Source of the DNA: Eledone cirrhosa
Taxonomy: Eukaryota
Assembly (NCBI GenBank): GCA_964016885.1
Contig: OZ024741.1
Coordinates: 53,010,001 to 53,074,000 of the forward strand
DNA length: 64,000 nt
Direction: 5' to 3'
Shown: positions 1 through 11,891 of the stretch, piece by piece
Numbering within the stretch: the first letter of the stretch is position 1
How the letters are laid out: every line of letters starts with the position of its first letter
Notes under the pieces: generated by a model
What the model saw: only the letters and a program-made list of their open reading frames with translations
Databases searched by the model: none
Told to the model about the DNA's origin: nothing
Position numbers and translations under genes: made by a program

Positions 1-450
1 GGGGTGCTGTAGTTCCCTGTCTTCTGTTGATGGCAAAACGCTCTCAAGTGGCCAGTCGCGCCACACAGATTGCAATGAGGCTTTCTGCCATCAACCGCAT
101 AATGTAATACCACTCCTCATTGATGGTGAATGAGGTCTGGGGTCATGGGGATGTTATCTGGTTTGATATGGAGGGGCTTTTCCACACTGTTCCAAGACCA
201 ATATTCCCGCATAGTTCGTCACCATTTGAGGAGGATGTCACTTCCATATAATGCATTGTCGGCAAAGAGCGACCAGTTATTCCCCTTTGGTGGGTTCTCT
301 GAAATCCTAGCCCCTACCATTCGTCTACCTGAATATGACGACTAGAGAACATATTTGCCTCTTCTGGAGGTTGCCACACAATGTTTGACGGCCTGGGCTT
401 CACTCTTAAAGAGTTTGTTTTTATTTTCTTTTGCGGACGAAACTTCTTCG
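1..450 (-). mobile_element. Degenerate Tx1/L1-type LINE ORF1 remnant (CCHC knuckle)
   Basis: The minus strand at ~33-97 translates VDGRKPHCNLCGATGHLRAFC, matching VEGRRPSCHICAGRGHLKAAC in the Tx1 ORF1 at 9744-11285. The flanking frame is broken by stops. Confidence 0.55.
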
Positions 451-662
451 TTAACCATCTTTTTTTAGGGACTTGTTTGAAAGATATACATGGGTTTACC
501 TTTTAAAGGCTCAGATAGAGAACAATTAACCAGCTGAAGAGGGTTAGTTACTTTATCTTTAAAAGAATACCAAATGTTCAGCAAAATATGTTGGATAACA
601 ATGGGAATAACAACACATTTACGAGAACAATTTGTAACACATGTCGATTGATGAAGAAACAA

Positions 663-733
<71 letters not shown>

Positions 734-743
734 CAGCAGCAGC

Positions 744-815
<72 letters not shown>
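663..815. repeat. Compound trinucleotide microsatellite (AAT)n(AGT)n(AGC)n(AGT)n
   Basis: Seen directly; source of the poly-N/S/T/L pseudo-ORFs. Confidence 0.97.
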
Positions 816-816
<1 letters not shown>

Positions 817-2104
817 AATCCATTCGAGTATTCCAAATTTAAATTAGTAAATAACAAAAATGAATTAAATGGACAGGTGAAGAATACAACGAAGAAATGT
901 AAGCATTCTAATACCACATGGAAAAATCAACGACAAAATGAAACTAATGATAGATGAAGATTTGGAGAAATAGGTAAATCCCGATCAAGTAGCAAATATA
1001 GGAAGGAACATAATTACAAAGAGAAGATTTGCTTCAGCGGAATAAACAACTACAGAAAAGATTAGATGAACTAACCAAAGAGAAGAAACCCAAGTTACTA
1101 TCTCATTGCTCCAACAGGATCAAATAAAGCAACAGATTGAAAATATGGGGAATGGTATTTGGAAGCAAAATTACAATTTAGAAATGACTAAAGTGAATGC
1201 TAGAAATGATTAGTAGAAAATGATTGCTAGAAAAGGACTAATTTCTGAAAGATAATTCTGAAAATATGGAAAGCATAAAGGGAGAATTTACGAATAAATT
1301 TGCCAAAGTAAGCAACACAAACATGATAGTAAGGAAATCAATAAAAACATAAATAATGCGGATGGGAAAAGCTGCAATATAAAACTCTTAATACGACTAA
1401 ATTTAATCTGTCTGAACTTAATCAAATGACCTATGCCTCAACCAAATGTACAAATAAGAAAAAAAAGGAAATATATTTTAAGCAAAACGAAATGTTTGAA
1501 GCCAATGTTAAAACATTTTATTGAGAGATAGAAATATAGCCAATGACAGTTGATAAAATACGATTGACAAAGTATTTTGAACAATTGTGAACTATCAGCT
1601 GAACTAACATCTAGTGTGACCAAAAAGGCCACAGTGAGAATGTTGAATGGATACACTTTATAGAACGGGAAAACAGCGAAGTACGAGAAGAATGGGAAAA
1701 TGTAATAGAAAGTAGAACCGAGGGCATAAGGTTCTCCTGCTAATATTAGATCTGCTGTAATACCTTCAATGGTGACACATGACAACTATGCCCTCTGAAG
1801 TGAAACCTACGAGTCAATGGTAGTCAATGATAGTGACCTGTTCTCCTTTGTGTACAGCTGTCAGCGTTGTGCAGAAATTGAGATTGGTCTAGTGCAATGC
1901 CTTTCTTCAGGTAAAAAAGCATTAAACACGGGAAGTATTTCATGAGGATGGCAGACCGTAGCCAAAAAGTCAGTGTTTATTTCGAAGCTCCATATGCAGA
2001 AAGAATTGTAAGTCCGTGATAGGTATAAAAAGTTAGGTTCGTGACACTCAAATGGGAGAGGAAGATCAAATGGAAGCAATTCTCAAGATCAAGTTGCATC
2101 CTTC

Positions 2105-2105
<1 letters not shown>

Positions 2106-2135
<30 letters not shown>

Positions 2136-2170
2136 TGAATATATGTATGTATGTATGTATGTATGCATGC

Positions 2171-2263
<93 letters not shown>

Positions 2264-2299
2264 TACATGCATGCATACATACATACATACATGCATGCA

Positions 2300-2333
<34 letters not shown>

Positions 2334-2391
2334 CATACATACATACATACATGTATGTATGTATGTATGTATGTATGCATGTATATATATA

Positions 2392-2481
<90 letters not shown>

Positions 2482-2498
2482 TATATGTATGTATGTAT
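2106..2498. repeat. Compound (TATG)n/(TA)n/(CATA)n microsatellite
   Basis: Seen directly; representative of dozens of similar tracts in the window. Confidence 0.97.
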
Positions 2499-2507
2499 GG
2501 ACCTTTA

Positions 2508-3116
2508 TGTCAGGTCACCAGTTGGTGCTACTGGTAACATGTATCCCAGTACAACCTGTCTCATGGTCGGGTCATTGGCGATAAACTGGCAACCCCACCA
2601 AGGTTTCTTGGTGAGGAGGGTGACTTTGCACATCCTGCAGGACTAAAAGCAAAACCTGTCAAAAGGCAAAGGAGCTCTTAAGAGTCATTGGCCATCCAAA
2701 ATCACCGGGAGAGATGACCCCTTAGCCTTTGTCAAGGCAGAATTCTAGGAGAAGGAAAACTCTGATATAACACCTGCAACTCTGATGGTATCCAATGATG
2801 TTGACTTGTTCTTCTTTTTGGTAAATATCATCTTGGTTAAGAGAGTGGGACTTGCTTTGTGCAGTGCCTTTGCTCACTATAAAAGCTTCACGGCACATGC
2901 ATTGCTTTATATCTGGAGATCTCTCTGCACTTGTCGTCACATGGTACCATGGGCCCAGCACAATGTGTCAATAATTGTCACAAGTGTAGTGTTTGTACCA
3001 GAGTTTTCAATTCGCTGGTTGGACTAAAAAGTCACACCCGTTCAGCGCATCGGTAGGGGTTCTCCTACATGGATATAAAGTAGTGGCCGTACTCGAAAAC
3101 GAGTTAGCAGCCACCA
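2508..3116 (+). mobile_element. RTE-derived bipartite non-autonomous element (RTE 5'UTR fused to RTE 3' end), full length
   Basis: Near-identical to 44646-45253. Contains the RTE 5'UTR-type motif AGGAGAAGGAAAACTCTGAT, a terminal C2H2 remnant KCSVCTRVFNSLVGLKSHTRSAH, and a 3' stem GGCCGTACTCGAAAACGAG..GCAGCC followed by ATGT repeats. Confidence 0.8.
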
Positions 3117-3118
3117 TG

Positions 3119-3466
3119 TATGGACATAGAAATAGTCGGGTTGGATACCCGATCGCGCGGTTAAATTACAGGGAGTGAAAGACCCCTAGTCTTTGTCAGG
3201 ACATTCTTCTAGGAGAAGGCAACTCAGGAAACTGGGATAACTCCGACATAAAACTGGCGGCTCAGTAGTTACCGATGATGTTGATCTAATCTTATTTTCG
3301 GGTTATAGCTACGGTCGCTCAGAGAGTCGGATTGGCTCAATGCACAGTCTTTCCTCACTTTAAAAGATCTTCACACACAGGCTTTGCACGATAGCATTAA
3401 TTAATAATTATTAATAATGGTATATCGTGCAATGGCCATACTCGATAACGAGGGGGCAGCCGTCAT
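3119..3466 (+). mobile_element. Diverged, 5'-truncated RTE-derived element ending in the RTE 3' terminus
   Basis: Contains CTAGGAGAAGGCAACTC and ends TCGTGCAATGGCCATACTCGATAACGAGGGGGCAGCC, the same end as the RTE LINE at ~33395-33435. Confidence 0.65.
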
Positions 3467-3892
3467 ATATGTATGTATGTATGTCTGTATACACCTATAT
3501 GCATGCGTGTCTGGGTGTAGGTTTGTATGAGTATGTATGTGTCTATGTTATTTATTGCCCCAGATTGTGCTTTAGGACTGCTTCTAATTAACTAATATAA
3601 AACAATAGCTGGCTGAAACATTTTTCTTTCGTATTAGATAAGCTCTACAAGTATATCGGCACAACCATCTCCTGCGTGAGTTACAGTAATGAATTACGTT
3701 TTGAAAATAATCACATACTACTGTAATTGTTTAGTATTTAATATCAACGATAATTAATTGTGGTAAAAAATGTTAAAACCGACTCCCATAAACAACTGAT
3801 ATTCATGTCAACAACCACCAGATTTCTACTTGGCTTAAGCTTTATTTCTGATTTCATTACATGATGCTGCCGTAAGAACAGTTTTATGATAA

Positions 3893-4102
3893 TCGTTTCT
3901 AATCTAAGCACATTGCCTGTACTTTGTGGGGAACGTCAATTATATTGATCCAGTATTTGACTGGTTCTTTATTTTATCGAGCCCGGAAGGATGAAAGACA
4001 AAAAGGGCCTCAGTGGGATTTTTACTCAGAATGCAAAAGTCAAGAACAAATGCAACAAAGCATGTTATCCAACACGCTGAGGATTCTGCCAACCCACCGC
4101 CC
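3893..4102 (-). mobile_element. tRNA-derived SINE (family 1), diverged
   Basis: Matches the family core (plus strand TTTTATCGA..CGGAAGGATGAAAG) seen at 4721, 11892 and 38435-41082. Confidence 0.7.
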
Positions 4103-4269
4103 TAAATGTATATGTATATATATATATCGTGTATGAATATAAATAAATTATATATATATTCATTTTTTTTTTTAACGAATTTATGCACACGAATTATCAC
4201 TAGGAAAAGGAATGAGCCTCAGTTAATTTCGATCAACGAACAGCCTGCCCATGACATTGACATATACAT

Positions 4270-4525
4270 AGTTGAGCATTCAACAGAATGTACAATCAAA
4301 GCAATTATCAGCGATATTGAGCCTGACAGAGTGTGGTGTGAGAAGGGCTGGCCTTTTGAATTACAGGTACAGTTCACACAGCGCATTTCCAAATAGTTTC
4401 TATCTAGCCGATTACACTCACACGGCATGGGTTGAGTCGAAGCTGTGGTAAATGCCATTTGCTCAAGATGCCATACAATGTGTTCAAACCCGAGACGTAA
4501 TGATTGTGAAGTCTACTCTTTAACC
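4270..4525 (-). mobile_element. tRNA-derived SINE (family 2), diverged
   Basis: Minus strand has B-box-like GGTTTGAAC and resembles 13824-13950 and ~63645-63712 (…TTTGGTAGACGGA…). Confidence 0.45.
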
Positions 4526-4652
4526 CTTTTATCTTGCATCACCAGGAAAAGACAGAAAAGGTAAGTACTGTGGGATTGTCACACACTCTGCGGTACTTAT
4601 TGTTCAATCAACCAATCTAACTTCCCGTAGTATGGACTGCAGTCGTCAGGAT

Positions 4653-4720
<68 letters not shown>

Positions 4721-4721
<1 letters not shown>

Positions 4722-4909
4722 ATTGTTTCTACTTTTGGCACAGGGCCAGCAATTATCCCAGTGCGTAACTGGTACTTTATTTTATCGACCCGTAAGGATG
4801 AAAGGCAAAGTTAACCTCGGCGGGATTTGAACTCATATCATAAAGGGGTGTAACTCTATACTGCAAAGCATGGCGTCCGACCTTCTACCGATACTGCCAA
4901 TCCATCGCC
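4721..4909 (-). mobile_element. tRNA-derived SINE (family 1)
   Basis: Minus strand: A-box TGGCAGTATCGG, B-box GAGTTCAAATCCC, core GCCGAGGTTAACTTTGCCTTTCATCC..GGGTCGATAAAATAAAGTACCAG, 3' end TGTGCCAAAAGTAGAAACAATT. Confidence 0.85.
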
Positions 4910-5440
4910 ATACACATATAATAGGAATTATTTGCCCTACAGTTAAGCTTACAGGGTATCGACTGGGAATGAGAAGGTATTTTGAATTAATTTCATACAT
5001 GGTTACTTTTTCAGAAGTTATAAGTTGATTGAATGTGGCGTGGGACATTGGGGAAGCAGAGAGAAGATCTATAATGAAACTGATTTATGAAGGAAAATAA
5101 AAAAATAAAAAAATTAAAGATGTTAAAATCAAAGTAATGATTAAAATGAAATAGAATTGGAACACACATTGGCTCATTCGATGTTGTCGTTTCAACATTT
5201 AGATGGGTGTAATAGATAAAAGTAATATAATACACACACACACGCATATATATATATAGACATTGTTTTTTGTTATATATATATAAATTAATTTTATCTA
5301 TATCACCCATCTAAATGTTGAAACCACAACATTTAACAAGACGGTGCCTGTTAAAAAAATGTCGTTAAACTGAAAAATCGTTATAATGGTATTTCGTTAT
5401 AACGGAATTTTACCCATATATATATATATTACCCATATGA

Positions 5441-5683
5441 ATAGGAAAATCTGCTTTGTAGAATCGAGACGTATCCGACGACAACGCGATTTCAGAGTCA
5501 GGTTTGATCACCATATCGATCGTGCCACGAGCTGGTCACCCGAGAAACAATTGTAATATGTCCAATAAATTCCTTTCGTCACAACACTGATTCTCTTTTT
5601 TCTGTGATATCCTACTCTGCCCTACAAGAGCATTGAGTGCTCATACAACCTACCGCATACGGAAGCTTTAAGCATCCAACACC

Positions 5684-5687
<4 letters not shown>
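5441..5687 (+). mobile_element. PLE pseudo-LTR-like fragment with degenerate long-helix-II hammerhead
   Basis: Homologous to the reverse complement of 62827-63083. Core CCGACGA (5475-5481) ... GAAA-CAATTG-TA-ATATG (5544-5560); flanked by (TA)n. Confidence 0.7.
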
Positions 5688-5727
<40 letters not shown>

Positions 5728-5729
<2 letters not shown>

Positions 5730-5868
5730 TGGTAAAATTTACAGTGTAACGGAATTTTTTCAATTCCCGGCCACACGCTCGATGTGTTAGGTCAATCTCG
5801 TTATAAAATATTTTTCATTGCTACGAATTTTCTTTATACCCCGTGAATTTCGTTATAACGATATTTCC

Positions 5869-5872
<4 letters not shown>
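5728..5872. mobile_element. MITE with Tc1/pogo-like TIRs in TA
   Basis: Left CTGGTAAAATTTACAGTGTAACG and right CGTTATAACGATATTTCCCTG, both abutting TA. A similar right end lies at ~5395-5417. Confidence 0.5.
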
Positions 5873-5925
<53 letters not shown>

Positions 5926-6154
5926 GATAGATAGATATATTTTTTTATTTACCATAAAGGCATAAAAAGAAGGGACAAATACAAAGAGGGAGTTTACATA
6001 CAATCGAGTAAAAAGGGTATAACATGAAAATGATCGAAAATAACCTCAAAGAGGTGGGGACGTGATGGAGGTTGCACACACCCCCGAAAAAGTGTGCAAT
6101 CCTTTGCCCGGGGAGCACATGGAGAAGGTGCTCCCCTCTCCTTTACTTCTTTAC

Positions 6155-8626
6155 CTACAGGATGGTATACAGAGAAGGCCCATTTACATGAGCCATTCTC
6201 GCCACTATCACCCACCTTTCATAAAACTGCCTGTGGCCAAGCACCTCTCTCTCCATTCTTATCCTTCTTCCGAAGTGATATCGGAAGAAGTAGACCAGAC
6301 TATGGCCAGAGAGGAAGTTGCCTGACCTCAGACCTTTCAATCGTGTCCACCAAACAACCTCTTTCAACATGGCTATTACGCACAGAAAAACCACCTTTGC
6401 TTCCTTTGTGAAGAGGGAAGGTGGTTTGATTGTCATCACGGACTCGGCGGTCAATTGAATCGGCGCCACCCGCGACAGCAGTCGTTCGGCGTAGCCCCAC
6501 AGATCAGCCACGCCCGGACATTGCACCAATGCGTGCGCAACGGTTTCTTCGTGACGCACGCATCTAGGGCAAATCTTTTTTGAGGGATCCCTGCCCGGGC
6601 GCCCGTGTCTGTAGAGCCTCTCTCGAACAGGTAGAGCCCCTCGGTAGCACTGCCAAGCCAGTGACTTCTGGAAGTTGTCCATTGGTCCTGGGCCGAAAGT
6701 CCTACCGAACAGGCTGGCCAATTCGTCTTCCTCCATGTCCAGCGACTCTCCAAGGGTGTCATCGCCCCTGCTAGCCACCAGCCCTCTATAGAATGATGAG
6801 GTGGATTCTCCGCCGATGGCCTGGCCCGCTTGCCAGAGAGCCCTGAGCGCCTGAGCACACTCAGTGTGCCAGTCTCCCAGTTTTCCGGATCTTTGCTTGA
6901 CCCTGGACTGTAGCTCGGTGAGCGAGACGAGTCTCGGAAAGGCTCGTTTCACGAACGGAGCCCACACCGGTTGACCAGTGAGGAATAACTGTAGGTGCCG
7001 TAGCCTTAATGCGTGCCTACGCATCATCAACAACGGCATCCCCAGCCCTCCTTTCGAAGGTTGTTGGCAGCAGATGGATCTTCTCACCATAGGAGGGCGC
7101 TTCTTCCAAAGAAATTGGAAGAGCATGCGTTCCATGGTGGTGAGTGTTTCCTTAGGGCAAGGCACGACAGTCAGGCGGTAGTAAGTGACGGACGCTATGT
7201 AAATGTTCGCCACCTCCGCCCGGCCTTTTAGGGACAGCTTACACTTGGCCCATTTCTGGGTTAGTGCAAACACCTTGTTCGTAACCTCGTTCCAGTTCTT
7301 TTCCACCTGGAGATCCGGTCCAAACCAGACCCCAAGCAACTTTACCGGGCCCTCCGTCCAGTGTCCGACGACACCGTCGGGAGGCATCGGTCTGCCTCTC
7401 CACGTTCCGAGTTGCAGCCCGATGGATTTTTCCCGGTTCAGTTTCGCTCCTGACAACCTTTCGGAATCCTCCAGTAAGGTACCGATCGCCTCGATCTCCG
7501 AGTCGGTCGATACCATTACTGTTACGTCATCGGCGTAGGCCGACACCGCTTTGCTCAATCCTGGTTCCAGGGGGATACCCTGCAAGAACTCCAACTTCCT
7601 CAGTAAAAGCTCGAGAGTCAATACGTACAGAAGGGAGGAGAGAGGGCACCCCTGTCGAATGGATCGTGTGATTTCGAAAGGCTTCGAAAGGTAGCCGTTC
7701 ACCTTGATCCTAGAACAGATGTGGTTGCTATGTAAGGCAGTGATCCAGCCTCTGAAAACAGGACCGAACCCAGCCGCCTCTAGCACCGCATCCAGGTAAC
7801 CATGGTTGACCCTATCGAAGGCCTTAGACTGATCCAAGTTGATCAGGGCCCCACCGAAGCCGGGTTTGTTGCCAACCCTCTCTATGATGTATCGCATGAG
7901 GTGGAGGTTATCGTGAATGGATCTGGATGGGATAGCACATGTCTGCGCATCTCCCACCAGTCCACCCACGACAAGCGCCAACCTCTTTGCTAACACCTTG
8001 GCCAAAATCTTTAACTCTGTGTTTAGCAGGGTTATGGGCCGAAAATTATTTATACTATATCCCTTGTTCTCGTCTTTCCTCACCAGCGTAACTACGCCCT
8101 TGGTTACAGAACAAGGAATTCTCCCGTTCTGCTGCCTATTAAAGTAGACCGCTTCGAGGAGTTCGGAGAAGAAGACCGGCATTGCTAAATAAAGTTCGTA
8201 AGGTATACCATCGAGACCTGGAGATTTGCGTCTGCTGCATTGGCTCAGCGCATCTCCGATCTCCTCAGCCGAGATTGGTCCCTCGCAGGACTCTGCCTCT
8301 TCGCTCGAGAGACGCGGTAGGCCGTCGAGGTATGGACCGAAATCCACGTCCCCGCCCGGACCCTCGCCTCCCCCGAACAATCGGGCAAAGTGCCTTTGAA
8401 AGGCCTCGCACATCTGCTTAGGCTCCCGGATCACCCGTCTATCTTCGTCTTGCAACGACCGGATGGTGGATCGATTTCCACTCTTAGCTTCTGTCACGCG
8501 GGCCCAGCCAACGGCTTTGGCCCCCTCATTACCTAGAGCACGTATTTTACTTCGAATGACGCAGCCTTCGTGCTTTGCATCGAAAAACTGGTTCAAGGCC
8601 GTCCTCGATGCCAGCACTCTGGCCAC
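6155..8626 (-). pseudogene. Tx1 ORF2, RT and C-terminal zinc knuckle (separated from the EN part by a frameshift)
   Basis: KSPGLDG, FRPITLLN, LDQSKAFDRV, RQGCPLS, YADD, LLGV and CPRC..ETVAHALVQC. Confidence 0.93.
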
Positions 8627-9515
8627 ATCTTCGCCTTATTGATTCTGTTTTAATCTCTCTTTTGAGAGATGTCCACCATCGGTTGTTGACGATTGCACCC
8701 GTCAACCTCTCCTTAACTAATCTGCTAATCCGGTTTCTGTAAGTCTCTTTTGCCGGTAAAGACAAATTAAGTTTCCAGTAACCGGGACCCTGTTTATGTG
8801 TTTTCTCGAGATTGACTACGCAGGTCACTAATTTGTGATCCGTGTAGCCAACCGTGCGCATTTCTGGACAGCTTAATATGTCCCTATCCTTACTTCTAAC
8901 TAAGAATCTATCTAAGTACGATCTAGATTGACCACTGTGGTTTCTCCAAGTCCAGGTAGGCGCTGTTGGAAAATCTAGTCGATATCTATCGACCAAGTTA
9001 AAACGGTCGAGTAACCCCTTGAGGCTGTTACACCCCCTTCTATTAGGACATGCTCCTGCATAGTCCCAACGTGCATCTAGGATGTCATTCCAATCCCCCG
9101 CTAGAAGGAGGGAACGCGACGTTCCCAGAAAAGTCTCTAAACGCTGGAAGAAGTCGGGCCGTTCAGCTCCGAAAGGGGAGTAGACGGCGACCAGTCTTAA
9201 GGCCGCACCTTCACTACTACCAACGTCTAGCACCAACAAACGACCCTCCGGGTCCGAGTGCACAACCTGTACGGCAAGTCCCAGGTGTTTTTGCAGCAGT
9301 ACGACAACCCCACCCCCACCTCCAGGTTGACAGAGAGATGCATGCACCTCAAAGTCATCGAAGGTAGGGGCCAGCTGCCGCACGACGCTGATCCGAGTCT
9401 CACAGATAACCATTACATTTATACCACATGGCCTGAGGTCATTTAGAAGCTTTGCTTGCTTCCAAGTTGAGCCCAGGCCACGTGCATTTAAACATCCTAC
9501 TCTTAACACATCCAT
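8547..9515 (-). pseudogene. Tx1 ORF2 N-terminal APE endonuclease
   Basis: CLNARGL, CET, VYSP, GDWN, SYLDRF, TDH and GPGYWKLN motifs; frameshift near 8630. Confidence 0.92.
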
Positions 9516-9548
9516 GTGGGCGGCAGAGCCAAAGGAGAGTGTAGAGAC

Positions 9549-11285
9549 CTACCTTTCCGCTTCCCGGGGTTCGGGTCGCACGACTTTCATGGGGTCGGGG
9601 GTGTTGGGTGAAGGGGTGTCTTGTGGTGGTGTGGGGTCGTCAGTGTGTGGTGGGGTTGGGGTGTTTGGAGTTGTGTTGGGGAGGAGAAGCGGAGGGGGAA
9701 AGCTTTTTAGTAGGACGCGGTTTATGGGTTTGACAGAGGGTGGTCATACGTCCTCCTTAAAATCCTTTTTTAGTTTTTGGTAGAGGTTCATTGGGATCTT
9801 TATTAATTTTAAATGTGGGTAGTTTTCTGAAGAAACAAAGTTTACACCTTCGGTTTGTACCGAAGGATTATTGTTTATGAGTTCATTTAATTTATTATTG
9901 TTTCTGTTGATGTAAGTATAGTGTAATGTCTTTTTTTCGGATGGTGTGAGTGTTTCGAAGAGGGGAGGGGAAGGTTTGGTTATGTTTGTTGCTGGAGGGG
10001 TGTTTTCTGTTTTGTTGGATTGTGTTGAGATTTGGGTGGGGGTTGTTTGGCCTTGTGTGTTTTGCACATGTTTTCTTTTTTTCCTTTTAATCTGTCCGAA
10101 GGACTCCGTTTCTTCCTCCGAATTCGTTGGGTTATCTTCAGTGTTGGAGGGAAGAGGTATGTTTGCTGGTAATGTTTCCGTGTTGGTTTTCTTTGTGGGG
10201 GAGATGGATGTCACTATGTTAGACTGTGTTGTGTGTTGTGTCTGCGGTGGTTGTGTTGTTTTATTGAGTGAGAGGTTGGGTGGGCCTGTATTTTGTTTTG
10301 GGGTAATGTGTTGTGACTGTTTGTGTTGTGGTGGTGGTGTAGTTTTACTGAGGGACGGGTTGGGTGGGACTGAGTTTTGTTGTTTGTTTATCTGTTGTGG
10401 TGGTGGTGGTGGAGCTGGTGTTGGTAGCAGGGTTTTCTTTTTGTTGAGTTGGGGACAAGCGGCCTTCAGGTGCCCTCTGCCTGCACATATATGACAGGAC
10501 GGCCTTCTCCCCTCCACGCTAATGTTTATATACCCGTGGCCCTCTAATAGGATTCTGTCGGGTATTTCGGCGATGCGTTCAGGCTTCATTTGCACTACCA
10601 GCTCTATTCCTGTTCCACTGAACGCATTGCCTGTGGTTTTCCCAATGGAAATCACGTTGTCATTCACTGGATCGATGAAGCCAGCTATGAGCCAGCAGTA
10701 GTCCACATCTGGCATCATTGCATCCAGCCATATGCGTTGAGTTCTTTTACCCATATAAGATGGATAAAAGGTAAAATTTTTCGAACGAATCGGTGACAAA
10801 GCACATTCTTTTGCCGCCGATTCGTTCTTCATGATAATTGCTAGGCTTCCATACAGTCTGTCTTTTATTATGAAAGTGGTTTCATTAAGTACTTCTGTGA
10901 GTACTGTTTTGATATCTGCTTGAGAAGGCTGTTGAGGTTTTTTTGAAGTGTTGTTGATTGTGCGGAACACGACCGTTCGACTTTCAATGTCTTTGGTGAG
11001 TTCTTGCGGCATTTTTACCGATAAAATACCATTCTCTCCTTCACTTATGTATTGTTTGGCGTCTGTGATTCTTCGTGCCACATCTGAAATATTTTCGGGT
11101 ACATATGTCAAAGATTTCTTTGTTGTTTGTGCAAATGAAATCTTGACTCTGTCGTCTGCTTTGCTTTCTGTTATGGTGTTATTTTCAAATGTTATTTTTG
11201 TTTGTGGTGTTAGTATTGTCATGCAATTTTTCAAATTTTTTTTTTCCGTTGTTGGAATCCATGTCCAGATTTGTGTTTTCGTCAT
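9549..11285 (-). pseudogene. Tx1 ORF1 (gag-like, CCHC knuckle, Pro/Thr-rich tail), with internal TGA at 9744-9746
   Basis: CHICAGRGHLKAAC. The frame stays open and Pro-rich past the TGA until TAG at 9549-9551. Confidence 0.8.
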
Positions 11286-11844
11286 TTTTCTCCGCAGATT
11301 CGTCTGTTTTTATTTTAATTTTTCCTTCCTTCTCTATGACGTTAGTTGGGAAGGAAGAGGGGGACTAAAGCGTGCGAGCTTACAACTCTTACCGCTGTGC
11401 CCCCACCACTATTTTCGTTCGCTTCGTTCAACATTTCTGTCAGACGATTGAAATTTTTTGCCACAAAATTTTTTAAAACAGGTTTTTCACCTCTAGGAGA
11501 GGTAAAGATGAGCTGACCCACCGCCTGACAGTTCAGACGGGGGGTCACGCTACACAATGGTATCAAAATTAAATTTGAACTCACAAAATTTCCGTAATAA
11601 ATTTGAACAAATCTTCTGCGCGAAGTGAATTACATCCACACTGTAGAACAGACGACAGCTAGGATCTATACAGAGATAGATAGATAGATAGATAGATGGA
11701 TGGATGGATCGATCGATCGATAGAGAGAGAGAGGGAGAGAGAGAGAGAGAGTGAGAATTCGTTCAAGACTTGAAAATTGCACTGGAAGAGCTCAACCAAG
11801 TATGCTTTATAAATGTTCAAGACCCGAAGGCAGAGCTCAAGCAG

Positions 11845-11889
11845 TTTCGACGGCTGTTTCTGGACTCAGTCCAGAAATAGCCGTCGAAA
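11845..11889. repeat. Near-perfect hairpin bounded by TTTC/GAAA (hammerhead helix-II-like fold-back)
   Basis: TTTCGACGGCTGTTTCTGGACT-C-AGTCCAGAAATAGCCGTCGAAA. Confidence 0.75.
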
Positions 11890-11891
11890 TA

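Larger units (their letters stand above)
5938..11666 (-). mobile_element. Near full-length Tx1 (L1-group) non-LTR retrotransposon
   Basis: ORF1 with CCHC knuckle, ORF2 with APE endonuclease + RT + CCHC, AATAAA and a short A tail. The 20-bp direct repeat TATACAGAGATAGATAGATA at 5918-5937 and 11667-11686 is the TSD. Confidence 0.93.

Noticed and set aside
465-917. ORFs with poly-T/L/S/N runs
   Set aside because: Translations of (AAT)n(AGT)n with no domain content.
860-1750. A-rich plus-strand stretch faintly like an R4-type LINE N-terminus (..LSELNQMTYA..)
   Set aside because: Too decayed to support without an alignment.
2041-2646. [12 protein letters not shown] ORFs here and throughout the window
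   Set aside because: Stop-free microsatellite frames, not genes.
9946-10494. Cys/Gly/Val-rich 182-aa plus-strand ORF
   Set aside because: Antisense shadow of the Pro/Thr/Gln-rich region of Tx1 ORF1.
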